A DNA stretch of 28,420 nucleotides from the NCBI GenBank assembly GCA_014816205.1, contig GCA_014816205.1_4096.1. One strand, 5' to 3'. The position numbers and the translations under genes are program-made. Shown here in pieces: positions 1-8,203 of this stretch. Below the pieces are notes generated by a model, which saw only the letters and a list, made by a program, of their open reading frames with translations, was not told the DNA's origin and ran no database searches. This DNA is from a phage. Positions within the stretch are counted from its first letter, which is position 1. Each line of letters starts with the position of its first letter.

Positions 1-255
1 TCATCGTCTGTTAAGTATTTCATTTTCATTTACTTTTTCCTTAATAGTGATTTTAAGATATCTAATCATACGTGCAACATATTCCTCTTGTCTATCAGTT
101 CCCAGAAGATATGGTAGTGATTGGAATAATACTTCTGCACTCCTTTCTGCTGGGGTTTGGTTTAGGTCAATTGGACGTTTATTGGTATATCTCTTGGCAC
201 GAACTAATCTCTCGACGTATTCATTATAGGTTAAGTATATCATTTCATTTTGCAT
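1..255 (-). CDS. small protein, tandem paralog family 1 (LGTNYQ-motif family)
   Basis: ORF track; ATG at 255 with AAGGA about 8 nt upstream; motif LPYLLGTDRQEEYV; start overlaps stop of next gene upstream. Confidence 0.6.
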   Translation of the reverse strand: MQNEMIYLTYNEYVERLVRAKRYTNKRPIDLNQTPAERSAEVLFQSLPYLLGTDRQEEYVARMIRYLKITIKEKVNENEILNRR

Positions 256-475
256 TTACTTTTTCCTTAATACTCATTATAAGATGTTCAATCATATTTT
301 GAACCATAAATTCTTGTTTATCAGTTCCAAGAACGTATGGTAGCTTCTGAAACAATACATTTGCAGATACTTCAGATATTGATTGATTTGGAACGAACTT
401 AAGAGTAATGTTTTTGGTTTTTAACATCTTCTCTTGAAATTCTTCATTCGTTAAGTATATCATTTCATTTTGCAT
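245..475 (-). CDS. small protein, paralog family 1
   Basis: ORF track; N-terminus MQNEMIYLT nearly identical to 1..255; motif LPYVLGTDKQEFMV. Confidence 0.6.
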   Translation of the reverse strand: MQNEMIYLTNEEFQEKMLKTKNITLKFVPNQSISEVSANVLFQKLPYVLGTDKQEFMVQNMIEHLIMSIKEKVNAK

Positions 476-691
476 TTACATTCTCTCATATATATTTTGG
501 GTTAAAAGGTCAATCCAGATTTCCACATATCGTTGTTGGTGTTGCGTCCCTAACAGTACACCCAACTTAGCTTCACACTCTAATAACAATCTGGTTTTGT
601 ATGGTAGACTTTGGAATCCTATAGTAGCATCTAATTTGGTAATTGCATAGTTGATTCGGATGAATCTTTCTTGCAATGTGATGTTGTTCAT
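476..691 (-). CDS. small protein, paralog family 1
   Basis: ORF track; motif LLGTQHQQRYV; ATGA stop/start overlap with 688.. gene. Confidence 0.6.
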   Translation of the reverse strand: MNNITLQERFIRINYAITKLDATIGFQSLPYKTRLLLECEAKLGVLLGTQHQQRYVEIWIDLLTQNIYERM

Positions 692-951
692 TTCTTAGTA
701 CACCTCAGTGGTTGGGTCATTTGATAAAAGTACAGCTTACCTTTGATTTCCAGTAGTAACTCCGCGATTAAGCGATTTACTTCTGTATCTTGATAGTTTG
801 TTCCTAAGAATACACCCATCTTTAACTCACGCATCATAATCATTTTCTTACTGTGTTGAATTTCTGGGTTGTGATAGATTGTATTACGTTTGTGCGTAAT
901 TTTTGTCATACGCTCGGTATATTCATCTTTACTTAAATTGATCATTTGCAT
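688..951 (-). CDS. small protein, paralog family 1
   Basis: ORF track 688..978 trimmed to internal ATG at 951 (track M1 is a TTG); GAGG 9 nt upstream; N-terminus MQMINLSKDEY matches family; motif FLGTNYQDTEV. Confidence 0.55.
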   Translation of the reverse strand: MQMINLSKDEYTERMTKITHKRNTIYHNPEIQHSKKMIMMRELKMGVFLGTNYQDTEVNRLIAELLLEIKGKLYFYQMTQPLRCTKK

Positions 952-980
952 GTTCATCAACCTCACATTTATTTTCAATA

Positions 981-1220
981 CTATTCTTTAGTTTGTAGAT
1001 ATAGTTTTCTTCCAATGTATCTCTTAAGTGCGATTATGTATTCATCTACATAATACTCCTGATAGTTTGTTCCTATGAATGCACCCACCTTTAACTCAAG
1101 TTTCATAATCATCTTATTTCCGTGTTTAATGACTTCTCCGTGATGGATTTCATTAAGTCCAGGTGCAATTTTCACCAGGCGTTCTTTATATTTTGCTTGA
1201 GATAATTTAATCATTTTCAT
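981..1220 (-). CDS. small protein, paralog family 1
   Basis: ORF track 981..1247 trimmed to ATG at 1220 (AAGGG upstream); N-terminus MKMIKLSQAKY; motif FIGTNYQEYYV. Confidence 0.55.
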   Translation of the reverse strand: MKMIKLSQAKYKERLVKIAPGLNEIHHGEVIKHGNKMIMKLELKVGAFIGTNYQEYYVDEYIIALKRYIGRKLYLQTKE

Positions 1221-1221
1221 G

Positions 1222-1452
1222 TTAATTACCCTTACATTTATTTTCAATACTATTCATGAGTTCTATAAGATAGTTTTCTACCTTACCTTCCTGATAGTTA
1301 GTCCCTAGGAAGTTGCACAACACGGCTTCTATGATTTTGATTTTCCTGATATCAGGCTTCAATCTTTTGTTATTGAATATTTGAATCCTTATATCTCTGG
1401 ATGCATTTAAACGTTTTTGATATTCATGGTAAGTTAAATGAATCATTTTCAT
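1222..1452 (-). CDS. small protein, paralog family 1
   Basis: ORF track; N-terminus MKMIHLTYHEY; motif FLGTNYQEGKV. Confidence 0.6.
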   Translation of the reverse strand: MKMIHLTYHEYQKRLNASRDIRIQIFNNKRLKPDIRKIKIIEAVLCNFLGTNYQEGKVENYLIELMNSIENKCKGN

Positions 1453-1667
1453 TTACGTTTAACCTCTCGCTGGAGGGCATCAATTAACATCAGTACAGCA
1501 TTCTCTTGATAGTTTGTTCCTAAGACTGAAAGCATCTTTATCTCATTTACTAAAATCAACTTCTTTGAGGGTTCAATAATGTGACTATCATAAACGGCCT
1601 TACGTGCTGGATAAGTTTTCGCCAGTATAACATAAAATTCGTCTTTACTTAAATTAATCATTTGCAT
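1449..1667 (-). CDS. small protein, paralog family 1
   Basis: ORF track; N-terminus MQMINLSKDEF; motif VLGTNYQENAV; ATGA overlap. Confidence 0.6.
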   Translation of the reverse strand: MQMINLSKDEFYVILAKTYPARKAVYDSHIIEPSKKLILVNEIKMLSVLGTNYQENAVLMLIDALQREVKRK

Positions 1668-1876
1668 TTACTTTTAACCTCTTTCTGTAGAGCGTCAATC
1701 CATAGATCTACATACATTTGTTGATAGTTTGTGCCTAAGAGTGCACCTACATAGAGTTCAGTTACTAGTGCGTGCTTAAGGTTAGCTTGGATGCTCTTAT
1801 CGCTTGATATCATTCTCCTTCTGCTTCCACATGTTTTCAGGAGTCTGATGTATTCAAAGCCTTGTAAATTTCTCAT
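1658..1876 (-). CDS. small protein, paralog family 1
   Basis: ORF track; motif LLGTNYQQMYV. Confidence 0.55.
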   Translation of the reverse strand: MRNLQGFEYIRLLKTCGSRRRMISSDKSIQANLKHALVTELYVGALLGTNYQQMYVDLWIDALQKEVKSKCK

Positions 1877-2088
1877 ATTTTGGATACCACCTTGTTACGT
1901 AAGGAACTTAATAATACGTCAGTGTAGATGTTTTGATAGTTTGTCCCTACGAATACACCCAACTTCATTTCAGCTATTATAACACATTTGTCCTCTTGTG
2001 CAATAGATTTGTTTAACACAATACTATACACTTTTGATTTGATAGTTTGTAACCTCCAATGATACTGATACTCATTAAGGATTATCAT
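1873..2088 (-). CDS. small protein, paralog family 1
   Basis: ORF track; motif FVGTNYQNIYT; ATGA overlap. Confidence 0.6.
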   Translation of the reverse strand: MIILNEYQYHWRLQTIKSKVYSIVLNKSIAQEDKCVIIAEMKLGVFVGTNYQNIYTDVLLSSLRNKVVSKI

Positions 2089-2335
2089 TCTCTTTCCTCC
2101 AGATTTCGGTTCTCATGTGTTGGCAGTGTGCATCAATATATTGCTCTATCGATCTGGCGATTGCTGTTTTATCAGTGCCTGTCATCAGTACAAGCATCTC
2201 GGCCTCACAGTGAAGTAAACGCATGATATCATAGGGTAATATTTCAGATACCGTGTCATAGTGTTTCTGTGCCAGTGTCTGCAATAGTTTACAATACATT
2301 TTGTGATTTAGTCTTTGTCGCATTGTTTCTTCCAT
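2075..2335 (-). CDS. small protein, divergent member of paralog family 1
   Basis: ORF track; degenerate motif LMTGTDKTAIARS; start uncertain (alternative ATG at 2323). Confidence 0.45.
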   Translation of the reverse strand: MEETMRQRLNHKMYCKLLQTLAQKHYDTVSEILPYDIMRLLHCEAEMLVLMTGTDKTAIARSIEQYIDAHCQHMRTEIWRKENDNP

Positions 2336-2580
2336 TCTCTTCTGGCTTGGCGGGTTTTATCTGATATTTCGTTTCTCAATGCAGAGATATATCGTAGAGT
2401 GAACAGTTCTTGATAGTTAGTCCCTATGAATTTATTAAGATATACATCAGCGTTGACGATATCAGCTTCACGGGAATTATAAAGTTTATTGTTAGTGCGA
2501 AGGGTGTTTAGAAGAGAGAAGAGGGCAGTCTGATACTCAGTGCTTGATAAAGTTTTCATATTTTTCCACAATTCGTTCAT
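2308..2580 (-). CDS. small protein, paralog family 1
   Basis: ORF track; motif FIGTNYQELFT; start uncertain (alternative ATG at 2559, MKTLSSTEY). Confidence 0.5.
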   Translation of the reverse strand: MNELWKNMKTLSSTEYQTALFSLLNTLRTNNKLYNSREADIVNADVYLNKFIGTNYQELFTLRYISALRNEISDKTRQARREWKKQCDKD

Positions 2581-2734
2581 TTAGTTTTATCTGTATAAGA
2601 TCCATTAGTTGTTCAAGATAATCGGTACAATATTTCTCTTGATATTGGGTTCCCACAAAGTACAGCAACCATAGCTCATGAACTTTAACTTTCATCTCGT
2701 TCCATGAAAGTGCATCGTCCGTCAAGTGTTTCAT
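2537..2734 (-). CDS. small protein, paralog family 1
   Basis: ORF track; motif FVGTQYQEKYC. Confidence 0.55.
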   Translation of the reverse strand: MKHLTDDALSWNEMKVKVHELWLLYFVGTQYQEKYCTDYLEQLMDLIQIKLNERIVEKYENFIKH

Positions 2735-2889
2735 TTACATTTATCCCTTATTAGATTTGTGAGTGCAACTATGTGTTCATGGATATAAAAATTTTGATGA
2801 GAAGTTCCAAGAAAGTACAGCATCCATCCCTCACTCTGCTCGACTTCTAGTTTAGTATCGAGTTGGTCAGATATGTTAATGAAAACCAT
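2731..2889 (-). CDS. small protein (52 aa), paralog family 1; absent from ORF track
   Basis: Hand translation codon by codon: MVFINISDQLDTKLEVEQSEGWMLYFLGTSHQNFYIHEHIVALTNLIRDKCK; ATG overlaps upstream stop; TGA overlaps start of 2537..2734. Confidence 0.5.
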   Translation of the reverse strand: MVFINISDQLDTKLEVEQSEGWMLYFLGTSHQNFYIHEHIVALTNLIRDKCK

Positions 2890-3113
2890 TAGTTCTTTTC
2901 CTTTCTTTCTATTTGTTTCATAAGAACATCGATATACTCACCCGCAAACCTATTCTGATACTGCGTCCCCATGAATTCCAACATCCATACTTCAGCAACC
3001 TTTTCTTCAATTTCAGTCCATTGTAAGTACATCATAGTGAAGTAAATGGTGTTCTCTTTTTTTCTGGCACTCTTAGCACGGGCCTCGTATTCAAAGTTAT
3101 TAATGATGTTCAT
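2889..3113 (-). CDS. small protein, paralog family 1
   Basis: ORF track 2889..3146 trimmed to ATG at 3113 (track M1 is a TTG); motif FMGTQYQNRFA. Confidence 0.5.
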   Translation of the reverse strand: MNIINNFEYEARAKSARKKENTIYFTMMYLQWTEIEEKVAEVWMLEFMGTQYQNRFAGEYIDVLMKQIERKEKN

Positions 3114-3327
3114 TACATTTGTCCATAATGTAATTCTTGAGTGCAACTATGTGTGCAATAACATACTCTTCCTGGAAGTTCGTCCCCAGTACAGCCAACA
3201 TGCGTACATCGGTGGTGTTTATCTTGTGTTCCAATCGAGTTAAACCTTTTATTTGTAAAAGGGTATCGTATTTGTTTAATGCATCAATGATAATTCTCAT
3301 CTTCTCAATATTACTTAAATGTTTCAT
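3100..3327 (-). CDS. small protein, paralog family 1
   Basis: ORF track; motif VLGTNFQEEYV. Confidence 0.6.
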   Translation of the reverse strand: MKHLSNIEKMRIIIDALNKYDTLLQIKGLTRLEHKINTTDVRMLAVLGTNFQEEYVIAHIVALKNYIMDKCNEHH

Positions 3328-3536
3328 AGTTTACTCTTAATGTAGTTCTGAAGTTCAATTAAGTATTTCCCTACATAATACTCCTGAAAGTCTGTATCCA
3401 AAAATGCACCCATAAGTAAATCCTTCTCCATTGCCCTTGATAAGTTAAGGTCTGCATTTGAAAGGTATATAAGTAATATTTCAGTCTGGACAGAATTAAA
3501 ACGTTTCTTATATTCTTCAGGTGTTAATATAATCAT
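3324..3536 (-). CDS. small protein, paralog family 1
   Basis: ORF track; motif FLDTDFQEYYV; ATGA overlap. Confidence 0.6.
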   Translation of the reverse strand: MIILTPEEYKKRFNSVQTEILLIYLSNADLNLSRAMEKDLLMGAFLDTDFQEYYVGKYLIELQNYIKSKL

Positions 3537-3748
3537 AATTTGCTCCTGATGTATTTCTCAAGAGATGACAAATACTTTTCCTCATAATACTCCTGATAGT
3601 CTGTTCCCAAGAATGCACCCAAAAGTATTTCATTTTCCAATACCTCGGCTAAGTTTAAATCAGACGTCTCTTCGTATATTATGAGGATTTCAAGTTGTCT
3701 GGCAGCGATGCGTTCAGTATATTGATATGAGTTTTCTATAATAATCAT
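3533..3748 (-). CDS. small protein, paralog family 1
   Basis: ORF track; motif FLGTDYQEYYE; close paralog of 3324..3536. Confidence 0.6.
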   Translation of the reverse strand: MIIIENSYQYTERIAARQLEILIIYEETSDLNLAEVLENEILLGAFLGTDYQEYYEEKYLSSLEKYIRSKL

Positions 3749-3954
3749 ATTTTACTCTTAATATCTTCTATTAAAAATCGAATCCATTCTTCAACATAAT
3801 CTTCCTGATGGTTTGTGTTCAGTACAGCCAACATGCGGATCTCTGCTCTTGCAACTTCAATTTCAGTTTTAGGCAGGTCTTTGCTGATATCCACCATTAA
3901 GTCCATGTATTTCAAGATAAGACCGTATGATTGGGTTCGTGTTATAGTTTTCAT
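3745..3954 (-). CDS. small protein, paralog family 1
   Basis: ORF track; motif VLNTNHQEDYV. Confidence 0.6.
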   Translation of the reverse strand: MKTITRTQSYGLILKYMDLMVDISKDLPKTEIEVARAEIRMLAVLNTNHQEDYVEEWIRFLIEDIKSKI

Positions 3955-4151
3955 TGTTTCCTCGTGGACAATATTTTATTTTTCAATGTATCCATATATT
4001 GCCACACCCATCTACCCTGATAGTTTGTTCCCAATGTAATCAAAAGGTATAACTCCATTCGTTCTACGTGTGTGTCTGTGTTGTAAATCTTTACGTAGTT
4101 TTTACGTAACAGTGATTGATATTCTTCTTTATTTAAAATACGCATTTTCAT
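3951..4151 (-). CDS. small protein, paralog family 1
   Basis: ORF track; N-terminus MKMRILNKEEY; motif TLGTNYQGRWV. Confidence 0.6.
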   Translation of the reverse strand: MKMRILNKEEYQSLLRKNYVKIYNTDTHVERMELYLLITLGTNYQGRWVWQYMDTLKNKILSTRKQ

Positions 4152-4345
4152 AGTTTACTCGTTATATCTTCAATTAAATACCAAATCCAATCGTTGACAT
4201 ACCTTTCCTGAAAGTTAGTTCCAATGAATAGTGCCATAATTAATTCACGCTTATAGGCAATACCACGGTCATGGGACTTATACATTATCATAGCCATGTT
4301 ATTGATAAGTCTTTCGTGGTGCTGTTCTTTAGTTAAAATACGCAT
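4148..4345 (-). CDS. small protein, paralog family 1; first gene of the array
   Basis: ORF track 4148..4375 trimmed to ATG at 4345 with AAGGGAG 5 nt upstream; motif FIGTNFQERYV. Confidence 0.6.
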   Translation of the reverse strand: MRILTKEQHHERLINNMAMIMYKSHDRGIAYKRELIMALFIGTNFQERYVNDWIWYLIEDITSKL

Positions 4346-4375
4346 AGGGACTCCCTTAAAATTAATATCAATCAT

Positions 4376-4403
4376 ATTTTATACGATTCATATAAAAAGT
4401 CAA
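4376..4403 (-). promoter_or_regulatory. sigma70-like promoter for the family-1 array
   Basis: Minus strand reads TTGACT, 16 bp, TAAAAT directly upstream of the first array gene. Confidence 0.45.
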
Positions 4404-4594
4404 TAACATTTTATTCGTAATACCCCTTTATCGAAGTCGCTAAGGTTACCCGCCCTTTAGCCCCCTACGCATTTTGCCATAGTCCAATCCCTTTTATTTC
4501 AAAAAAGTCAAGGGATTACCTATGCATTTTTTTAACGCATAATTTTAAAAACGCCTTGACTTTTTTCTGAATCAGTACTAGATCACTTTACGCA

Positions 4595-4804
4595 TTAATC
4601 CTTCGTTACGCTAACGATTATCTGTGTATCCCCGTAGTCCTGCCATACTTCCACGCCATCGGTCGCCCTGGTTAGTCGTGCTGTCATCTGCTTAATGGTC
4701 TTAGGCTTTAGTGGAACCTGTTGCAGTACTGTACGCATAGCATCATTGACGTTATCATGTACGCCTGCAATAGTACCTAGAACGCTGTATACTGTATAGA
4801 ACAT
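4595..4804 (-). CDS. hypothetical protein (69 aa)
   Basis: ORF track; AGGAGG 8 nt upstream of ATG. Confidence 0.6.
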   Translation of the reverse strand: MFYTVYSVLGTIAGVHDNVNDAMRTVLQQVPLKPKTIKQMTARLTRATDGVEVWQDYGDTQIIVSVTKD

Positions 4805-4829
4805 ATGTATGCCCTCCTGATATAGTTAA

Positions 4830-4847
4830 GGCCGCTACAAGGCGGCC
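4830..4847 (-). terminator. hairpin (GGCCGC/GCGGCC) followed on minus strand by TTAACTATAT
   Basis: Inverted repeat just downstream of the 4873.. gene; U-rich tail is weak. Confidence 0.35.
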
Positions 4848-4872
4848 TATGATGTTTGGTGATGTGTAACGC

Positions 4873-5274
4873 TTACAGTCCTAAGATAGTGCGTGCTTCG
4901 TTACGTTCCGTACACAGCTGCATGATGTGAGCAAGTAAGTCCTTGCTAATGTATCCGGTGTTCATAGCTTCACGAATAGATACATCATACGCACCGAACC
5001 CCGTGCGAACGATACGCACATCATTCAGGTTAGTATTATAGATACCGCCGAGATCAACGGCTTCGAATACTACATCAACAGAATATTCATTGTTGCCATC
5101 GTGGAAGTTTTCCAGTGCAATAGTATTGGATACCGCCCAACGTTTGCAGTTTCCAATGATGCGGCACTGTTCCGGTTGGATAGTACCATTACTTACAGCG
5201 TACTCCAGTGCATCTTTACCAAAAGTCCGAGCCAGTACTAAAACGTCAGCGAAGGAATTGATTGAGAAGGTCAT
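4873..5274 (-). CDS. hypothetical protein (133 aa)
   Basis: ORF track 4873..5307 trimmed to ATG at 5274 with AGGAG upstream; track N-terminus reads through the promoter cassette. Confidence 0.6.
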   Translation of the reverse strand: MTFSINSFADVLVLARTFGKDALEYAVSNGTIQPEQCRIIGNCKRWAVSNTIALENFHDGNNEYSVDVVFEAVDLGGIYNTNLNDVRIVRTGFGAYDVSIREAMNTGYISKDLLAHIMQLCTERNEARTILGL

Positions 5275-5363
5275 GATAAAACTCCTTAATTTAGGAGGGA
5301 GAACCATTTCCCCCTCTCTATGTAAAACATTATACTTGATTCTAAGTACTATGCAAGTACTTT
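5275..5363 (-). promoter_or_regulatory. PeSL-like cassette: promoter (TTGCAT...TATAAT), leader hairpin, RBS
   Basis: RC of atgcaa at 5351-5356 and attata at 5329-5334; GC-rich inverted repeat about 5296-5316. Confidence 0.5.
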
Positions 5364-5696
5364 TTACATTTTAATACCTGGATTCAGATAGCGGTGAGAA
5401 CCATATTCTGGATCGGTTTCGGTCCAGTACTGTAAATCGATAGTACCTTTCGCGTTAATCTTGTCTACCAGCTTATTCATCTTAGCGTATACTACGTCAG
5501 CATCGATGCGTTTAAAGCCAGTAGCTTTAGTGAAGTAGTAGTGATTTGCTTCACTATCATTAAGGATATACCGAGCACCGTTTGCAGTCTGTGCGATAAT
5601 GATTGAGTATTCTACTTCCCGATCCAGACCGTCGATGAATACAGATGAAACATTGGTACGGATGAAAGCTTTAACGATAGCGATTGAAGTACTCAT
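5364..5696 (-). CDS. hypothetical protein (110 aa)
   Basis: ORF track; AGGAG upstream of ATG at 5696. Confidence 0.6.
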   Translation of the reverse strand: MSTSIAIVKAFIRTNVSSVFIDGLDREVEYSIIIAQTANGARYILNDSEANHYYFTKATGFKRIDADVVYAKMNKLVDKINAKGTIDLQYWTETDPEYGSHRYLNPGIKM

Positions 5697-5844
5697 TTTG
5701 AATCTCCTAACTTTGTGGACCGTCGCACCATTGCCGCCCTACGAGATACATTATTGCAGTACTGATATACTTTGTCAATACTTTTTATTAATAGTTTTCA
5801 CTCCACCAGCAGATAGTTACTCACCGTTATTAACTATATATTTT

Positions 5845-5930
5845 AGATACACCTATGCACCCTGTGGGCTAGTTTTTGTCTATGCGTATATAATAGCAAA
5901 GGGACTGACCGGAGTCAATCCCTTTTTTAT
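5845..5930. repeat. composite intergenic repeat, copy 1 (19-nt motif + terminator hairpin)
   Basis: tgcaccctgtgggctagt about 5857-5874; hairpin gggactgaccggagtcaatccc 5901-5922 followed by tttttt. Confidence 0.6.
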
Positions 5931-5939
5931 TCTTTTTTG

Positions 5940-6140
5940 TTAGATGATTCTCCAATCTTCTACGATGATTGTAAGATACCGGACCAACGATTCTAGTGAT
6001 TCGTGTTCTCGATAGTCTGCCGCTCCACCAGCGGTACAAGTACAGCCGATTAAACCATTTTGCAATTCCTTAATCTGTACATCGATAAGGTTGGCTTTAG
6101 CTTCTTTCAGTACTTCAACCAGGGCGAGAGCGATAGACAT
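5940..6140 (-). CDS. hypothetical protein (66 aa)
   Basis: ORF track; GGAG upstream. Confidence 0.55.
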   Translation of the reverse strand: MSIALALVEVLKEAKANLIDVQIKELQNGLIGCTCTAGGAADYREHESLESLVRYLTIIVEDWRII

Positions 6141-6230
6141 AATGTTTTACTCCAAACTATTGGCGGGAGAACTATTCCCCCGCTCTATGTAAAACATTAT
6201 ACATTACTGGTTAGTACTGTCAAATAGTTT
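6141..6230 (-). promoter_or_regulatory. PeSL-like promoter/hairpin cassette
   Basis: Minus strand TTGACA, 16 bp, TATAAT, then hairpin GCGGGGGAATAGTTCTCCCGC. Confidence 0.5.
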
Positions 6231-6488
6231 TTATGAAATATCTTCGATGTAGTCGGCCCATTTCATTTTTTCAGTACTGTCAATTGCTACCGGATTATTT
6301 GGATCAAACCATTCACCATTACCGCAGTACATACCAACGGCAACGGTTTTATAGCCATCCTGGGCAGTACTCCACGCCATCGCACGATAGATATGGCCTT
6401 TAACTGGTTGCAGTACTGGTAACGTTTTATGGTCTTCTACGTAGGCCATAGCTTGAGGATTTACCCGATATTGTGTGAATTGTTCCAT
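6231..6488 (-). CDS. hypothetical protein (85 aa)
   Basis: ORF track 6231..6521 trimmed to ATG at 6488 with AGGGGA upstream. Confidence 0.55.
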   Translation of the reverse strand: MEQFTQYRVNPQAMAYVEDHKTLPVLQPVKGHIYRAMAWSTAQDGYKTVAVGMYCGNGEWFDPNNPVAIDSTEKMKWADYIEDIS

Positions 6489-6563
6489 GATGTTTCCCCT
6501 TGTAGTTAGTAAAGTTATCATATCAGTACTATCAAGCTATGTCAATAGTACTGAAATAAAACT

Positions 6564-6788
6564 TTAGATTAGATTATTGATGCCGTTGATGGTAGACTCG
6601 CTTTCTTCTTTCTCCCATTGGCGGTAGTACTTCCATGCTTCATGATATGTGGCGATTAGTTCATCTTTTTGATCCTGAGTACATGCCAGTACTGAATCAC
6701 GATGAGCGGTGTTATAGATAGAATCGAATGATTTCTTCTCTTCTGCCAGGTTAGCTACTTCCCGCATCAGTTCATCAAAGTTAGCCAT
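6564..6788 (-). CDS. hypothetical protein (74 aa)
   Basis: ORF track; AAGGAG upstream; starts MA. Confidence 0.6.
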   Translation of the reverse strand: MANFDELMREVANLAEEKKSFDSIYNTAHRDSVLACTQDQKDELIATYHEAWKYYRQWEKEESESTINGINNLI

Positions 6789-6852
6789 TTTAGTACTCCT
6801 TTTAGTGGGGGAGGATATCTCCCCCTATGCAAAACATTATACTTTGTTTTAG
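6789..6852 (-). promoter_or_regulatory. PeSL-like promoter/hairpin cassette
   Basis: Minus strand TTGCAA...TATAAT then hairpin GGGGGAGATATCCTCCCCC. Confidence 0.5.
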
Positions 6853-7119
6853 TTACTTTGCAAGTACTTTTTTCATATAAAGATTATATTCTACACCGCC
6901 GTAACCTTCTAAGATGATATGTTTTGCGTTATCACGTTTGCACATAGTGAAACCGTTGTTGATGTGTTCTGCATTTTCCAGGGCTACATCACCGATTGCA
7001 GCACATACAGCACTTACAACGGTATTCCGCAAAGTACTGGTATCATTAGCGGTCATAGTAGTTTGCAGTACTACGTTGTCGTATACGTGTGCATTGATAG
7101 TGATTTCGATAGTGTTCAT
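6853..7119 (-). CDS. hypothetical protein (88 aa)
   Basis: ORF track. Confidence 0.55.
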   Translation of the reverse strand: MNTIEITINAHVYDNVVLQTTMTANDTSTLRNTVVSAVCAAIGDVALENAEHINNGFTMCKRDNAKHIILEGYGGVEYNLYMKKVLAK

Positions 7120-7205
7120 GGTGTATCTCCCGGACTGGCGGGAGAACTATTCCCCCGCTCTATGTAAAACATTATACGTTAATCTAACTACAATGCAAGT
7201 ACTTT
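7120..7205 (-). promoter_or_regulatory. PeSL-like promoter/hairpin cassette
   Basis: gcgggagaactattcccccgc hairpin plus RC of TATAAT and TTGCAT. Confidence 0.5.
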
Positions 7206-7397
7206 TTAAATTTTATTTCCGATATAGTCCGGTCTATTCTTTTCGGTCATACGCTTTGCTAATGTTTGCATATGGCTTATTGCGTTTAATGTGTCTTCCT
7301 CCAGGGATGAATCAACATAATCAGGATCATTCTTAACCTTGCAATGGTTATGATAGCGTAGTACTGCCAGTACTTTTTTAACTTCTTCAACTGTCAT
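7206..7397 (-). CDS. hypothetical protein (63 aa)
   Basis: ORF track; ATGA overlap with 7394.. gene. Confidence 0.55.
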   Translation of the reverse strand: MTVEEVKKVLAVLRYHNHCKVKNDPDYVDSSLEEDTLNAISHMQTLAKRMTEKNRPDYIGNKI

Positions 7398-7666
7398 AAT
7401 AAGTATTCCACTTCGTTAGCTTTCAGGTTAGTATCAATCATCAGTGGATTTTTGTAGTTCACAAAACGATTAGTTTTCTCGATAGCGAATCCCATATAAT
7501 CCAGCTTACTAACAGTACATTCATTCTTAAAAACTTCTTTCGCTGCATTGATGGCTGATTCAATTGATAACCGACCATCTAAGTTAATGTTTCCAAATGA
7601 TCCACCAGCAGAAGTAGGATTACCGTTCATATCTTTAATGATCATAGTAGCGGAGTAGCTAGACAT
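7394..7666 (-). CDS. hypothetical protein (90 aa)
   Basis: ORF track. Confidence 0.6.
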   Translation of the reverse strand: MSSYSATMIIKDMNGNPTSAGGSFGNINLDGRLSIESAINAAKEVFKNECTVSKLDYMGFAIEKTNRFVNYKNPLMIDTNLKANEVEYLL

Positions 7667-7750
7667 AATTTTGTTTCCTTTTAGTATCGGGGAGAACTAT
7701 TCTCCCCTTGATGTAAACTATTATACAGTACTAAGATACTTTGTCAATAC
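7667..7750 (-). promoter_or_regulatory. PeSL-like promoter/hairpin cassette
   Basis: ggggagaactattctcccc hairpin; minus strand TTGACA, 16 bp, TATAAT; 3' part shared with cassettes at 10524 and 10795. Confidence 0.55.
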
Positions 7751-7972
7751 TTAATTACGTTTAAAATGATATGTGCCTTTATCATCCTGTACGCCCCATA
7801 CTGATTTACCATCAACACCAGTGAAACCGGATTGTAATTCAATATGGAAACCATTATTATCAACTACAAAAACTTTTTTATTTTCATCCCGATAACATTG
7901 ATATTCTGAATCAACATTAAAGGCCGCATCATTCAGAAGATTGGAAGCGTAAATGCAAGTCATTGTAGTCAT
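7751..7972 (-). CDS. hypothetical protein (73 aa)
   Basis: ORF track 7751..8047 trimmed to ATG at 7972 with AAGGA upstream; track N-terminus is the translated hairpin. Confidence 0.55.
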   Translation of the reverse strand: MTTMTCIYASNLLNDAAFNVDSEYQCYRDENKKVFVVDNNGFHIELQSGFTGVDGKSVWGVQDDKGTYHFKRN

Positions 7973-8107
7973 GATTTTATTCCTTATTGCCAGGGAGAAC
8001 CATTTCCCCCTCTCGATATAAAACATTATACTTGATTCTAAGTACAATGCAAGTACTTTTTATCAAATACTTTAAAATAGTTTTCAGTACTGAATACTTA
8101 TATAATA

Positions 8108-8197
8108 GATACACTTATGCACCCTGTGGGTCAGTGAGTTATCTCTCAATGAATATATATTAGCAAAGGGACTGACCGGAGTCAATCCCTTTTTTAA
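8108..8197. repeat. composite intergenic repeat, copy 2
   Basis: tgcaccctgtgggtcagtg 8118-8136; hairpin gggactgaccggagtcaatccc 8168-8189 plus tttttt. Confidence 0.6.
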
Positions 8198-8203
8198 TCT
8201 TTT

